Of a stretch of DNA of 64,000 nt, positions 30,427-39,547 are shown one piece after another (position 1 is the first letter of the stretch; every line of letters begins with the position of its first letter). The notes under the pieces are model-generated. The model ran no database searches, had not been told where the DNA came from, and saw only the letters and a program-made list of their open reading frames with translations. The DNA comes from Escherichia phage EPFV3-03/2025, in sequence record PV435126.1. The stretch is one strand, 5' to 3'. The translations under genes were made by a program, and so were the position numbers.

Positions 30427-30698
30427 ACCTTCTCGTTGATAAATTTACGGGCGGTTTGGTGAGTTGTTTCCGCTGTCTTTAGAATAATATCGATCTTATT
30501 GTCAAGATCATTCATCTCAGCAGTTAATTCAGGGATCTCTCCAGCATGCATGGTGAAATCATACATAGACATGCCTATAATCTCATTGATGCGGCGGTTG
30601 CATTCTGCAGCACGCTGGTTCATTTTCCAAGCTAATACCAAAGCCTCCTGCGTGGCTTCTAGTGCAAAGTCTAATACATCTGCCTCTTCTTTCGTCAT
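30423..30698 (-). CDS. hypothetical protein
   Basis: 91-aa ORF, overlaps neighbour by 4 nt. Confidence 0.45.
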   Translation of the reverse strand: MTKEEADVLDFALEATQEALVLAWKMNQRAAECNRRINEIIGMSMYDFTMHAGEIPELTAEMNDLDNKIDIILKTAETTHQTARKFINEKV

Positions 30699-30753
30699 CT
30701 CAGTCTCTCCTGTTTATTGTTGATAGGTGTATGAATGCCTTATAACTAACTCT

Positions 30754-31320
30754 TTATTCAAATTGCAATAGCAAGTCCACCACCGCGCTAGGCCTGTCAA
30801 CAAACTCCCCAGGTCCGCATGCCCACAGAGGGTATCCGTCCACATACCTCCATATCCAACCTGAAGTGTGGAGCTCAAGAAGGGCAGTACCATCCTTACT
30901 GTTAACAACTCTTTCCCACAGTGTTGGGCAGCGAAGCTTTAGGATAGGATCCCCACCCTTATACCCGTCCATGTAGATACCCATTGCAAAGTTCAGCATC
31001 ATCTTTTTGTGCACTGACCTCTTACTGAGGGTGCTCATCACTTCCTCCTTGTGGATGTTTGTAAGCTTCTCCTTGGCTACCTGCAGATCGTTGCAGCCAT
31101 TGTTCAGAAGATCTTCCAGACACTTTACCCTAAGGTCGTGGATATCTTTGTCGTGCACCGTTGGTACAGGGTCGTAGCGATATAGCACTGTTGATACAAG
31201 GTTGCTAGGGTGTGGGTCTGACAGCAGTCCATAACCCCAATACTCTTCTGTATCTGAAAGGACAAGACACCCAATATCTCTGTCAAGCTTTCCTGTGTTG
31301 TAAGCCACATTGACCGCCAT
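30754..31320 (-). CDS. hypothetical protein
   Basis: 188-aa ORF. Confidence 0.5.
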   Translation of the reverse strand: MAVNVAYNTGKLDRDIGCLVLSDTEEYWGYGLLSDPHPSNLVSTVLYRYDPVPTVHDKDIHDLRVKCLEDLLNNGCNDLQVAKEKLTNIHKEEVMSTLSKRSVHKKMMLNFAMGIYMDGYKGGDPILKLRCPTLWERVVNSKDGTALLELHTSGWIWRYVDGYPLWACGPGEFVDRPSAVVDLLLQFE

Positions 31321-31322
31321 GA

Positions 31323-31568
31323 TTATAGCTCCACTAACAAAGTGCTTTCAAAATGCCTCTCATGCAGACCGCTATAAGGAACCACTTCCACAACACCGTC
31401 GCGGATATATGGAGTCATCATGGCAACATAATCACCGAATGGGTGGGCATTATCACTAACCACAACCACATGCTGCCCCTCCTTGGCAGAGTGCCAGATA
31501 GATCTGCATTTCATCATGTGTTCGAGAGCGCCAGGTAAAATCTTGTTACGTTCTTTACGGGTCTTCAT
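31323..31568 (-). CDS. hypothetical protein
   Basis: 81-aa ORF. Confidence 0.4.
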   Translation of the reverse strand: MKTRKERNKILPGALEHMMKCRSIWHSAKEGQHVVVVSDNAHPFGDYVAMMTPYIRDGVVEVVPYSGLHERHFESTLLVEL

Positions 31569-32014
31569 AACAGGTATAGCTCCTTATGAAAGTGGGCTTT
31601 CAATTTCTCACCGAGAAACTTCTTGATACCTTCCTCTAAGGTGTTTTCGATGTAGTCCAGCTTAACTGCTTCGATGGACATATCATAGATCGCCAGCTCT
31701 AAGCTGTCAAGTCCCATCATAGCATGAACCATAAGATTTTCATCTTCAGATACATTCAGGGGGCTTCCTATAACATCTGGAGGCAGAATAGTTTCCCAAT
31801 TATTCTGGGTGGTAGCTCCCCCGCCATCCACCTTACGTCGCAGCTCGAAGGTGTTCTTAGTGTAAAACACTTCATAAGAAACGATACGACTATCGCTCTC
31901 GTAATAAACGAAGTTAAGGTAGGAGCCGAGCCGTAGTCGGCAAACTTCTACCCCAAACCATTGTTTCTTATAAGAATTCAGGCTAATGCTGTCGCATTCA
32001 CGTTTGCTCAACAC
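31565..32014 (-). CDS. hypothetical protein
   Basis: 149-aa ORF. Confidence 0.5.
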   Translation of the reverse strand: MLSKRECDSISLNSYKKQWFGVEVCRLRLGSYLNFVYYESDSRIVSYEVFYTKNTFELRRKVDGGGATTQNNWETILPPDVIGSPLNVSEDENLMVHAMMGLDSLELAIYDMSIEAVKLDYIENTLEEGIKKFLGEKLKAHFHKELYLL

Positions 32015-32029
32015 GGCTCTCTCCTTTTG

Positions 32030-32263
32030 TTAATCTTCGTAAATCAGGATCTCTGCTTTAGGTTTTCGTGCTTTCAGGTCCAGCTCTATCCAGTGCACCA
32101 TAGCTGTTTCAAGAAAAACAGCCTGGATGCATCCGTCTTCAGCGTGTCCTACCAACATAACAAGATCTTCACCTTCGTCATCTTCATCACGAACATACAA
32201 AATCTCTCCGGACTCAAAGTCTTTTACAACCTGATTATTAGATAATTTACGAATTTTTGCCAT
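32030..32263 (-). CDS. hypothetical acidic protein
   Basis: 77-aa ORF. Confidence 0.45.
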   Translation of the reverse strand: MAKIRKLSNNQVVKDFESGEILYVRDEDDEGEDLVMLVGHAEDGCIQAVFLETAMVHWIELDLKARKPKAEILIYED

Positions 32264-32264
32264 A

Positions 32265-32528
32265 TCAGAAACCCTCTAAAAAGCTCTTGTAGAAAATAAT
32301 CTCAGTATCTACACCAGTCACGATCTTGTCGTTCCTGATTTCATCTGTAAGATAGGTGTCAAAACGCAGAACCTGTGTGGTGTTGTCACACATCCACTCG
32401 GCTGTGACCATGGCAAAAATCTTAGCATCTTCATTGTCCGGTGTGAATGTTACCACCTCACCGCATTTAAATTTTTCGATAGGCTGCGTGTTAGCTTTCG
32501 GTTCTGCAATGGTGATTTTTGTGGTCAT
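32265..32528 (-). CDS. hypothetical protein
   Basis: 87-aa ORF. Confidence 0.45.
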   Translation of the reverse strand: MTTKITIAEPKANTQPIEKFKCGEVVTFTPDNEDAKIFAMVTAEWMCDNTTQVLRFDTYLTDEIRNDKIVTGVDTEIIFYKSFLEGF

Positions 32529-32794
32529 TACTCTTCCTCCATAGTTTCACCAAATACTTCGATACGAGCGTCAAGCTCTGTTGCTTTCAGTTCTCCAACA
32601 AAATCTTTCAGTTCTTTCTCGTCAAGATCATATGCCCACACACAAGATGAGCATGCAGATTTCACGATCAGCAGTGTAGATACACGGCCTGACTCTGTAA
32701 TCATGCTCACAATGGTTCCTACAGGGAACGTGTTGATAGCTTTTTTAACTGGGCGTTCAGCTTTAATTACCACTTCTGTTGCCATAAATAACAT
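32528..32794 (-). CDS. hypothetical protein
   Basis: 88-aa ORF. Confidence 0.45.
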   Translation of the reverse strand: MLFMATEVVIKAERPVKKAINTFPVGTIVSMITESGRVSTLLIVKSACSSCVWAYDLDEKELKDFVGELKATELDARIEVFGETMEEE

Positions 32795-32800
32795 CCTCTC

Positions 32801-34282
32801 TTATTTGGCGTACTCGATTAATTCTACAGTTTTCCCAAAGCTTGGGATATAATTTTTATTATACCCTTCGGTGAGAACCCATAAAGTATCGTACTTTTTC
32901 CACTTGTTGTCAACAGCCTTTTGTTCAAAGTTATGCTCAAAGTATAGGTCGGTCAGGACGATGACATCTTTTGCATTTGGTATGTTAGCGTCCAGATACT
33001 CGAACACGCAAGCGGCTGTTGTTCCCCATGTTGAGTGGACCTCATAGTTGATCATCTCGTCGATGTTCCCCCGAGTGTATACTTTAACCTCTCCAACCTC
33101 GGTTGACCAGCAGAACATCGTAACCTTGAACTCTTTATACAGATTGCACAACCCAGTGATCTCATTGAACATTTTCTTTAAAGTTCTTTGAGAGATCGAT
33201 CCAGAAACGTCTAGAGCCACCACAATATCTATAGTGTTTTCCGGATTACGGCCCGGAACAACAACGTGCTGATTCTTGTTTATAGCCCCAACTTTTCGCA
33301 TTGTGCTGGTCAAAGACCCAGATCGGCGACCGGGTTTTCTGTAGGTTAGTTCAGCCTTTCGTTTAGACAGCATACGTTGCTTAATGATGTCTATATAATT
33401 GATTACAGGCTTACCTCTGTTCTTGACAAACTCACGCACAGCCTCAGGGCAACGACCTCCGGAAGCCTGCATTGCTGCTTCCAACATGTCACCAGAGTCC
33501 TGCATGGCTTGATCTTTATCAGATTGGCTGATCACTGGTTGTGGCTGATCATACCCCATCGCCTTTCCAAGATCATCACTAGTGCCACCGTTACCACTCA
33601 TGTGATCATCGGTTTGTCGTTTATCTCCTTGAGAGTTCTCGCCTTTACCGTTCTTACTTTTACCACTATTCTGATCTCTTTGCTTATCAAGAACCGCATA
33701 GACGTTCTCAGCAATCCATCCATGGAACCTCATGTCACAGTAGCAACTAGCTAAGAAGCCAAAAGGCTTACCTTTTACGAACTCAGTGCTTTTCCCCTTC
33801 GGGAAGAAAACACAAGGAGGCTTGCTAAAGTCAACCACAAGACCTGTGTTGATAACGTGATCACAAGCAATATTGAACAGTTCCGGCTCAAAGCTTTTAC
33901 CACGGACCAAATGATCACAGATAATATGCCCCACCTCATGTGACAGAAGAAAGGCCACCTCTTTCACAGATTTTGGGGAATAGAAAACCTCAGCCATCTC
34001 AAACTGCTTGTCAGTCAGAGATGCTTTAAGAATGGTTTTACGCTCATCTGCCAGCCCCATAATGAACTCAGGGCTGTAGTAGATGCGTTTATGGTCTGTT
34101 GCCATAGTGGAGCACCATGTGTGGTTTTCTACGAACTGCAACCCTGACAACAGTGTGCCATAAAACGGCAGCTTTTCAAGAAGATACATGCGTGCTGCCT
34201 GCAGCATTCGCAAGGCGTCATCTTTTTGTGCGGCAATGATTTCTGAACTTCTGCTATCCATTAAAACTCCAGAAGGGGCCAA
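32801..34282 (-). CDS. vWA-domain protein with N-terminal HExxH metallopeptidase-like motif
   Basis: 493 aa; HEVGHIICDH (HExxH) in the N-terminal half; C-terminal VVALDVSGSIS is a MIDAS-type DxSxS motif. True start is probably the internal Met (MDSRSS, near 34260) because the track N-terminus overlaps a hairpin. Confidence 0.65.
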   Translation of the reverse strand: MAPSGVLMDSRSSEIIAAQKDDALRMLQAARMYLLEKLPFYGTLLSGLQFVENHTWCSTMATDHKRIYYSPEFIMGLADERKTILKASLTDKQFEMAEVFYSPKSVKEVAFLLSHEVGHIICDHLVRGKSFEPELFNIACDHVINTGLVVDFSKPPCVFFPKGKSTEFVKGKPFGFLASCYCDMRFHGWIAENVYAVLDKQRDQNSGKSKNGKGENSQGDKRQTDDHMSGNGGTSDDLGKAMGYDQPQPVISQSDKDQAMQDSGDMLEAAMQASGGRCPEAVREFVKNRGKPVINYIDIIKQRMLSKRKAELTYRKPGRRSGSLTSTMRKVGAINKNQHVVVPGRNPENTIDIVVALDVSGSISQRTLKKMFNEITGLCNLYKEFKVTMFCWSTEVGEVKVYTRGNIDEMINYEVHSTWGTTAACVFEYLDANIPNAKDVIVLTDLYFEHNFEQKAVDNKWKKYDTLWVLTEGYNKNYIPSFGKTVELIEYAK

Positions 34283-34294
34283 TGGCCCCTGTCA

Positions 34295-35350
34295 TTATTT
34301 AACGTGCTTGAAAATACCAGCCAACTCGGTCATTGTCATGCGAGTGGTCTTCATAAGGTCTGTCATAGCCTTCTCCATGATTGGAGATACTACCATAAAG
34401 TTACCCTTGGTGAAACCTTTATTCCAGTCGGTCACTAATAGTGGTTTAAGTCCGGCCCCGAGACGCTCACCAGTCAAAGCACAACATTTTCGGATGTATG
34501 TGCTCTTAAATTGACTGAATGACAGATCAACTTTCATACCTGCATCGTAGAACGTCTGGCAATAGAAAGTGTAAGCTTTGGCAATCTCAACATCGTCAGG
34601 CAGTGCAGGAACCTCTTCTGTAAGCTCTTCTTCGACCCCTTTAGGCTCTTTTTCCTCTTCGTAAGTCTGTTGCATCATCTCTTCAATCTCCTCTGCTACA
34701 GGCTCGTTTACAATGTCAGAAATGTGCTTGTTTGCTCCACGATTAGCCATGAAGTTTTTAAAATCCTGCATTGGTGACATATCTTCCTCCCATTCTTCGT
34801 CAAAGAGTGCTAGTTTATCCTCTTCCGTTCCATATTGCAAGATGAAATCTTCAAAAGTGTAATCACCTTTCAATTTCTCCATACGCTCTTCGCTCAGGTG
34901 GAGCATCATCTGCTGGACAATTTTTCGATCAGTTTTGTCTTTAATCAAGACTGCGGTCTTTTTATCTACCAGGCAGTCCTTTAGAGAGTTGCATCTCAAT
35001 CCCACCACACAACAATTATCAACAGCATAAGGACCTTCATCATCTATCCGCTCTAGGGAGGGGTAGAAAGGATTTCCCAGTCCGTTTTCATCTGTGTGCA
35101 TGTCGAAAGGTATAAGGGTATAGTCGCACACCCCCTCTCCTAAAAGTTTTTTACCAAATAGGAGGTATTCTTCCCATGACAGGTTGAACTCTATATCTCG
35201 TTTCCGTGCATTATTTTGTTTGCGTCTGTATTTTTTGAGCAGGCGCTCTAACTCTTCTGGTGTATAATATTTTTCAAGATTCATGAGTTGTCTCTTGTGC
35301 TCTGTAGGTGAAGAAATCTTATCAAGTGCCTCAACAGATGTCAACCTCAA
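34295..35350 (-). CDS. hypothetical protein with HNH-like (His-Me finger) motif and acidic central region
   Basis: 351 aa; segment CDYT...SLERIDDEGPYAVDNCCVVGLRCNSLK resembles SLDRID-type HNH nucleases; a degenerate second copy (CALTGERL...KGFTKGNFMVV) near the C-terminus; Glu-rich middle. Confidence 0.45.
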   Translation of the reverse strand: MRLTSVEALDKISSPTEHKRQLMNLEKYYTPEELERLLKKYRRKQNNARKRDIEFNLSWEEYLLFGKKLLGEGVCDYTLIPFDMHTDENGLGNPFYPSLERIDDEGPYAVDNCCVVGLRCNSLKDCLVDKKTAVLIKDKTDRKIVQQMMLHLSEERMEKLKGDYTFEDFILQYGTEEDKLALFDEEWEEDMSPMQDFKNFMANRGANKHISDIVNEPVAEEIEEMMQQTYEEEKEPKGVEEELTEEVPALPDDVEIAKAYTFYCQTFYDAGMKVDLSFSQFKSTYIRKCCALTGERLGAGLKPLLVTDWNKGFTKGNFMVVSPIMEKAMTDLMKTTRMTMTELAGIFKHVK

Positions 35351-35357
35351 AAACGTG

Positions 35358-35386
35358 TTGACTTTACCCTAAATCCACGATATAGT
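35358..35386 (+). promoter_or_regulatory. sigma70-like promoter (TTGACT-17-TATAGT)
   Basis: In the 76-bp divergent intergenic region upstream of 35427. Confidence 0.5.
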
Positions 35387-35426
35387 TCACCCATTCGAAA
35401 GAAAACGAACACAGGAGTACTTAATC

Positions 35427-36326
35427 ATGGCAAATCTTAACAGCTTTAGCACTCGATGGAAACAAGATATCACAACCAATCTCTCTGCAGGCGATATCCT
35501 TTCTGCAATTTACGAGGCTTTGGATGATAAAGCTACTTCAAAATCGGTTTGTACCAACCCGTTAATTCCTATGGTAATGAAGGTGATTGAGCGTAGGTTG
35601 GTATCCGGATCTGATAAGTGGACATATCTGGATAATGGAGGCCACACTTACTCCAACGGCTATGTCGATATAAAAGTAGAATATGCGGTATCATATCGCC
35701 GGAGCGGCTCTGTAACTTTCAACTTCTCTGGTGGTTTCCGATCTCTGGCAACTTCACCTTTTGTTTCCTCAGAGGAGAAGTTTGAACTTCCGTTCCTTTG
35801 GATGATGGCTAACGCGACAGGCAAAACCCCTGTAAGCATTCGCGTAAAATACAACTACAACGGATCTAGTAAGATCTATGCTGAGAGTGTCTCAGCAAGT
35901 TTTTATTTTGTGATGGGGGATGGAATCCTCAAACATATAAAGATGTGCGATATGCATGATGTTATAAATGAAGTGACTGATAAGAATGTTCTGGTGAAGG
36001 ATCTCAACAATTTTTATACACCAGGGGACTATTACGTCAACCGTCCACTGTGCATCTTTAATGCTGCACACCCTTTAGGTGAGTATTTGATTGCCAATAG
36101 TGATATTGCCAATAACCGCTTCGAGGTAGCAAGAGTACAGAATGAGGTGTTGACATCTTGCAAGAGCGGTGATAAGTTTACCGAAGAAGAGATGGGTGTT
36201 TTAGAGATGATGGGATATAAGTGTAGCCTTTGGGTAGATGAGGTGTTTAATGACGGCATCTATGGACAGGATATTTACCCGTTAAAGAAGTATACTGATT
36301 CCAGTTTAATTTACGCGGGGATTTGA
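35427..36326 (+). CDS. hypothetical protein
   Basis: 299-aa ORF, first gene of the + strand early block. Confidence 0.55.
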   Translation: MANLNSFSTRWKQDITTNLSAGDILSAIYEALDDKATSKSVCTNPLIPMVMKVIERRLVSGSDKWTYLDNGGHTYSNGYVDIKVEYAVSYRRSGSVTFNFSGGFRSLATSPFVSSEEKFELPFLWMMANATGKTPVSIRVKYNYNGSSKIYAESVSASFYFVMGDGILKHIKMCDMHDVINEVTDKNVLVKDLNNFYTPGDYYVNRPLCIFNAAHPLGEYLIANSDIANNRFEVARVQNEVLTSCKSGDKFTEEEMGVLEMMGYKCSLWVDEVFNDGIYGQDIYPLKKYTDSSLIYAGI

Positions 36327-36601
36327 CTATGATGAAGGCATGTGGTAGTGTATACTATGTGGGTGAAAATGTTCAGGCAGACAGTGTGTGGAAATCCATT
36401 AAGTCCACCACCGATGATGCCTTCTTGAGCGGGTTATGTTTCCCCAATCCCGGAGACATTCTCCCTTACCCTGGGGATTTTGTTGTCAACAAGACGGACG
36501 GTTATACCGTGTGCCTGATGGTAGAAAAAATCTTTTTAGACACTAGACACAATCACCGTCTTGTGTTAAAATTTCAAGAATGTAAAATGACAGTTGCCTA
36601 A
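36323..36601 (+). CDS. hypothetical protein
   Basis: 92-aa ORF overlapping previous stop. Confidence 0.4.
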   Translation: MTMMKACGSVYYVGENVQADSVWKSIKSTTDDAFLSGLCFPNPGDILPYPGDFVVNKTDGYTVCLMVEKIFLDTRHNHRLVLKFQECKMTVA

Positions 36602-36613
36602 GGAGGCCTACCA

Positions 36614-36970
36614 ATGTCTAAAGTTACTTATCGTGCAGCTATTTACTGCAATGAGCAACCAATCAATAATGATGGTCACTGCTTTTTTAAAGAAAATCAG
36701 TTGGGCTGTATTGCCCTCCTTGATGAAGGGGAAGGTTATATGATTGCATTGACAGGGTTTGAGCCTGAAGCCTTGGAAGCCAATCTGGACTACCTGGTAG
36801 AGAAGGGTGCTGCAGACCTGGTTGCCAATGGCCTCTCCATAAGCCTTGAAGAAGTGGAGCGCTTCATGGGCAATTACCGTGTAGTGCGTGAGTTTACTAT
36901 CGAGGTGGAAACTCCGGAGTGGGGTAGCACTGAAACTAATGCTGAAGAAAAAGAAGAGGGGGTAGAATAA
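36614..36970 (+). CDS. hypothetical protein
   Basis: 118-aa ORF; RBS AAGGAGG. Confidence 0.45.
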   Translation: MSKVTYRAAIYCNEQPINNDGHCFFKENQLGCIALLDEGEGYMIALTGFEPEALEANLDYLVEKGAADLVANGLSISLEEVERFMGNYRVVREFTIEVETPEWGSTETNAEEKEEGVE

Positions 36971-37227
36971 TGAAAGTGCAGATCTTGACTAATGCCGAGA
37001 AGATGTTTATCGAAGATACGCCTTTTGAAACTGGTGAGCTACAGTTTGTATATTTTGTTGACTTAGATAAGGTTTTTCCTGCGCTGAATCTGGGTTTGGA
37101 GAAAGTACCTTATAAAACTCTATGCCAGGTTGTCCGTGCCTTAGCCGCAGATGGGGAGTTCCACACCCTTGAAGATATCCAGACCTATGGGTATCTTGAA
37201 CTGCAACGAGAAGAAGAGGTAGACTGA
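36970..37227 (+). CDS. hypothetical protein
   Basis: 85-aa ORF. Confidence 0.45.
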   Translation: MKVQILTNAEKMFIEDTPFETGELQFVYFVDLDKVFPALNLGLEKVPYKTLCQVVRALAADGEFHTLEDIQTYGYLELQREEEVD

Positions 37228-37229
37228 TA

Positions 37230-37610
37230 ATGGCCCAGTGGAAGACAACAGTTGACCTTCATGATCAGTGGTTAGGACGCATAACTGAAGACGGGAAACT
37301 GGTAGAGTGGGACAACAAGCATGTTAGCGAGTTGGCAAGTATTGTGGCTGGCAAGTTACGCTCCAAGTTCCCTGAACAACTGGATCCTGATAGTTCAAAG
37401 TTCGATCCTGAGTTGGAGGATGTTGTATACTACTTCGACACCGTGGATGACTACGATGCGTGGTTTGCAGCACTGGAGTTATACCCACAAGGATCCGCTA
37501 TGCGCCGGATGGAAGAAGATTACCCTCCGTGTGAGCAATTCAATAGTGCAATGACTTGCCTTTATGATTGGGCAGATAAGAACCTTGTCTGGATTCGGAC
37601 TGCATTTTAG
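37230..37610 (+). CDS. hypothetical protein
   Basis: 126-aa ORF. Confidence 0.45.
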   Translation: MAQWKTTVDLHDQWLGRITEDGKLVEWDNKHVSELASIVAGKLRSKFPEQLDPDSSKFDPELEDVVYYFDTVDDYDAWFAALELYPQGSAMRRMEEDYPPCEQFNSAMTCLYDWADKNLVWIRTAF

Positions 37611-37654
37611 TGGGTAGGGATGGCGGCAAGGATGCTGCTTAAGGAGCAGTAGAG

Positions 37655-37924
37655 ATGTTATACCAGCAGTACGAACTTCGTGCAGAAAAAGAATTAAATT
37701 TTGACAAAGATATTCACAGATATTATTATGGGAAAGTTAGAGGGCAAGCAAGAAAGTGTACTCCAACACTCTTTCATGCCAGCAGACGACTAGCTCCAGA
37801 AGAGGCAACAGCAGAAAGGGTTGCATATGGCTGGAGAGTTGCGTATGATATTGACAGATCCGATGTGATGTCTGTTTTGGAAAACTTTGAAAACACTTAC
37901 ACACAAGTAGAGGACTTTTACTAA
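37655..37924 (+). CDS. hypothetical protein
   Basis: 89-aa ORF. Confidence 0.45.
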   Translation: MLYQQYELRAEKELNFDKDIHRYYYGKVRGQARKCTPTLFHASRRLAPEEATAERVAYGWRVAYDIDRSDVMSVLENFENTYTQVEDFY

Positions 37925-39108
37925 TGTCAAGAAACGTATTCGAAAGTGGTCAAATCACTGTCCGCGAGTTGCCAGCTATTATTCAATTTGCCCAGCGTCA
38001 TAACCGATCTGTCCTGATTTTAGGACCGATGGGTGTGGGGAAGAGCCAGGTGATGAAGCAGATTGCTGATAATATGTTCGGTGAGCGAGATGACAACCTG
38101 GTTGACGTGCGGCTGTCAGATAAAGATCCTGCTGACTTGTCTGGACTGCCTATCCCTGTAGAGGCAGATGGAACTACACGCACAGTGTTTGCAATTCCAG
38201 AATTTTGGCCTGCAGACTCGGACTGGAGCGGAATTATCTTTCTGGATGAGCTTACTCATGCAGATAACTACCTGCAGAAGGTTGCAATGCAAATTATGCT
38301 CGACCACAAGTGCGGCACCTATGCATTTCCTAAGGGCTCTGTTTTTGTAGCTGCAGGTAACCGTGCTACAGATGGTGCTGTTCTTTCAGCGCTCGAAGCT
38401 CCTCTGGCTAACCGCTTTATCATTGTAGAAGTTACAAGCAATGCAGAGGTATTTATTGAGGACTACGCCTTCCTTAATGGTGTGCATTCCTCTGTAATTG
38501 GATATCTGAAAAGAGTTCCATCAGCTATCGATAATTATGAGGCTATGGCTGAGATTAATTGTCCATCTTTTGCCACACCGCGATCTTGGGTTGCTGCATC
38601 TGACATCCTGCACGATTTTGACAGCGGCATTATTTCTGACGCTATGGCTCGTGTTCTTCTGCAAGGTGCTATTGGTCACACTGCAGCGGTAGAAATCTGG
38701 ACCTACCACACCAAGAAACGAAACTTGCCAGAAATCGGTCGGATTATGGCAGGGGGTTGCAAAGAATATGTAGGTCCTAAGCAGCCAGATATCTTGTGGA
38801 TTCTTGGGTCTGAAGGCTGTATTGCTATTCGGAATATGATGGAAAATGCAAGTGTCTCAGATGAAGATCTTGTTAGCTGCGTGGCAAACTTCCTTGATTT
38901 CCTTTGGGAAAATTTCAAGGATGAGAACCGAGACTTTGTATTCTCAGTCTTTATGGCGATGATGAAACCCAACGCCCTAGGAAATGCCTTACTTATTGGT
39001 AAAGGTCGGGACAAGATCGTTGCTCAGCTGATCAAAGCATACCCGAACCTGATGAAGATTGTAAAAGAGTTTGGTGAAGAGTTTAGCGCCATTTTAGCTA
39101 AAGCTTGA
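37924..39108 (+). CDS. MoxR-like AAA+ ATPase
   Basis: 394 aa; Walker A GPMGVGKS, Walker B IIFLDELTHA, sensor-like AAGNRATDG and PLANRF; architecture as in MoxR/RavA/AAA_5. Confidence 0.7.
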   Translation: MSRNVFESGQITVRELPAIIQFAQRHNRSVLILGPMGVGKSQVMKQIADNMFGERDDNLVDVRLSDKDPADLSGLPIPVEADGTTRTVFAIPEFWPADSDWSGIIFLDELTHADNYLQKVAMQIMLDHKCGTYAFPKGSVFVAAGNRATDGAVLSALEAPLANRFIIVEVTSNAEVFIEDYAFLNGVHSSVIGYLKRVPSAIDNYEAMAEINCPSFATPRSWVAASDILHDFDSGIISDAMARVLLQGAIGHTAAVEIWTYHTKKRNLPEIGRIMAGGCKEYVGPKQPDILWILGSEGCIAIRNMMENASVSDEDLVSCVANFLDFLWENFKDENRDFVFSVFMAMMKPNALGNALLIGKGRDKIVAQLIKAYPNLMKIVKEFGEEFSAILAKA

Positions 39109-39117
39109 GGAGGTTGT

Positions 39118-39498
39118 ATGGCTAAAGTAGGTAAGCGGGGAAACTACTTGGTGGTATTGACAGAGGAGCCGGAGAAGGAGTACGAATGCAGCTCCACTTG
39201 CGTGATCGATATCCGAGAAAAAGATGTAGATGAAATCTGGTTTAAAATATTAGACGCTTGCGACAGCAGTGACTATTTCTTCATCTATGTCAACGATAAA
39301 GCGGGATTCTTCCATGACGATGGAGAGTTACCGTATGAAATCTATGAGCTTGTAGAGGCTTGTCATCGTGGAGATGCGGAGTTGTTTGGCCTACGGCTGA
39401 AAAGCGGTAAATTCTTCTACCAAGACGAGTGCATGAATCTTCACAACTTCGTAGAGGGAACTTGCAACGATGGAGAGATTCTGGCACACTACGACTAA
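39118..39498 (+). CDS. hypothetical protein
   Basis: 126-aa ORF; RBS GGAGG. Confidence 0.5.
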   Translation: MAKVGKRGNYLVVLTEEPEKEYECSSTCVIDIREKDVDEIWFKILDACDSSDYFFIYVNDKAGFFHDDGELPYEIYELVEACHRGDAELFGLRLKSGKFFYQDECMNLHNFVEGTCNDGEILAHYD

Positions 39499-39511
39499 TT
39501 TCTAAGACCAC

Positions 39512-39537
39512 CCCCGCTTCGGCGGGGATTTTCTATT
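39512..39537 (+). terminator. rho-independent terminator (CCCCGC-TTCG-GCGGGG + T-rich)
   Basis: Third copy of the UUCG-loop hairpin. Confidence 0.7.
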
Positions 39538-39547
39538 TGGAGTTATT

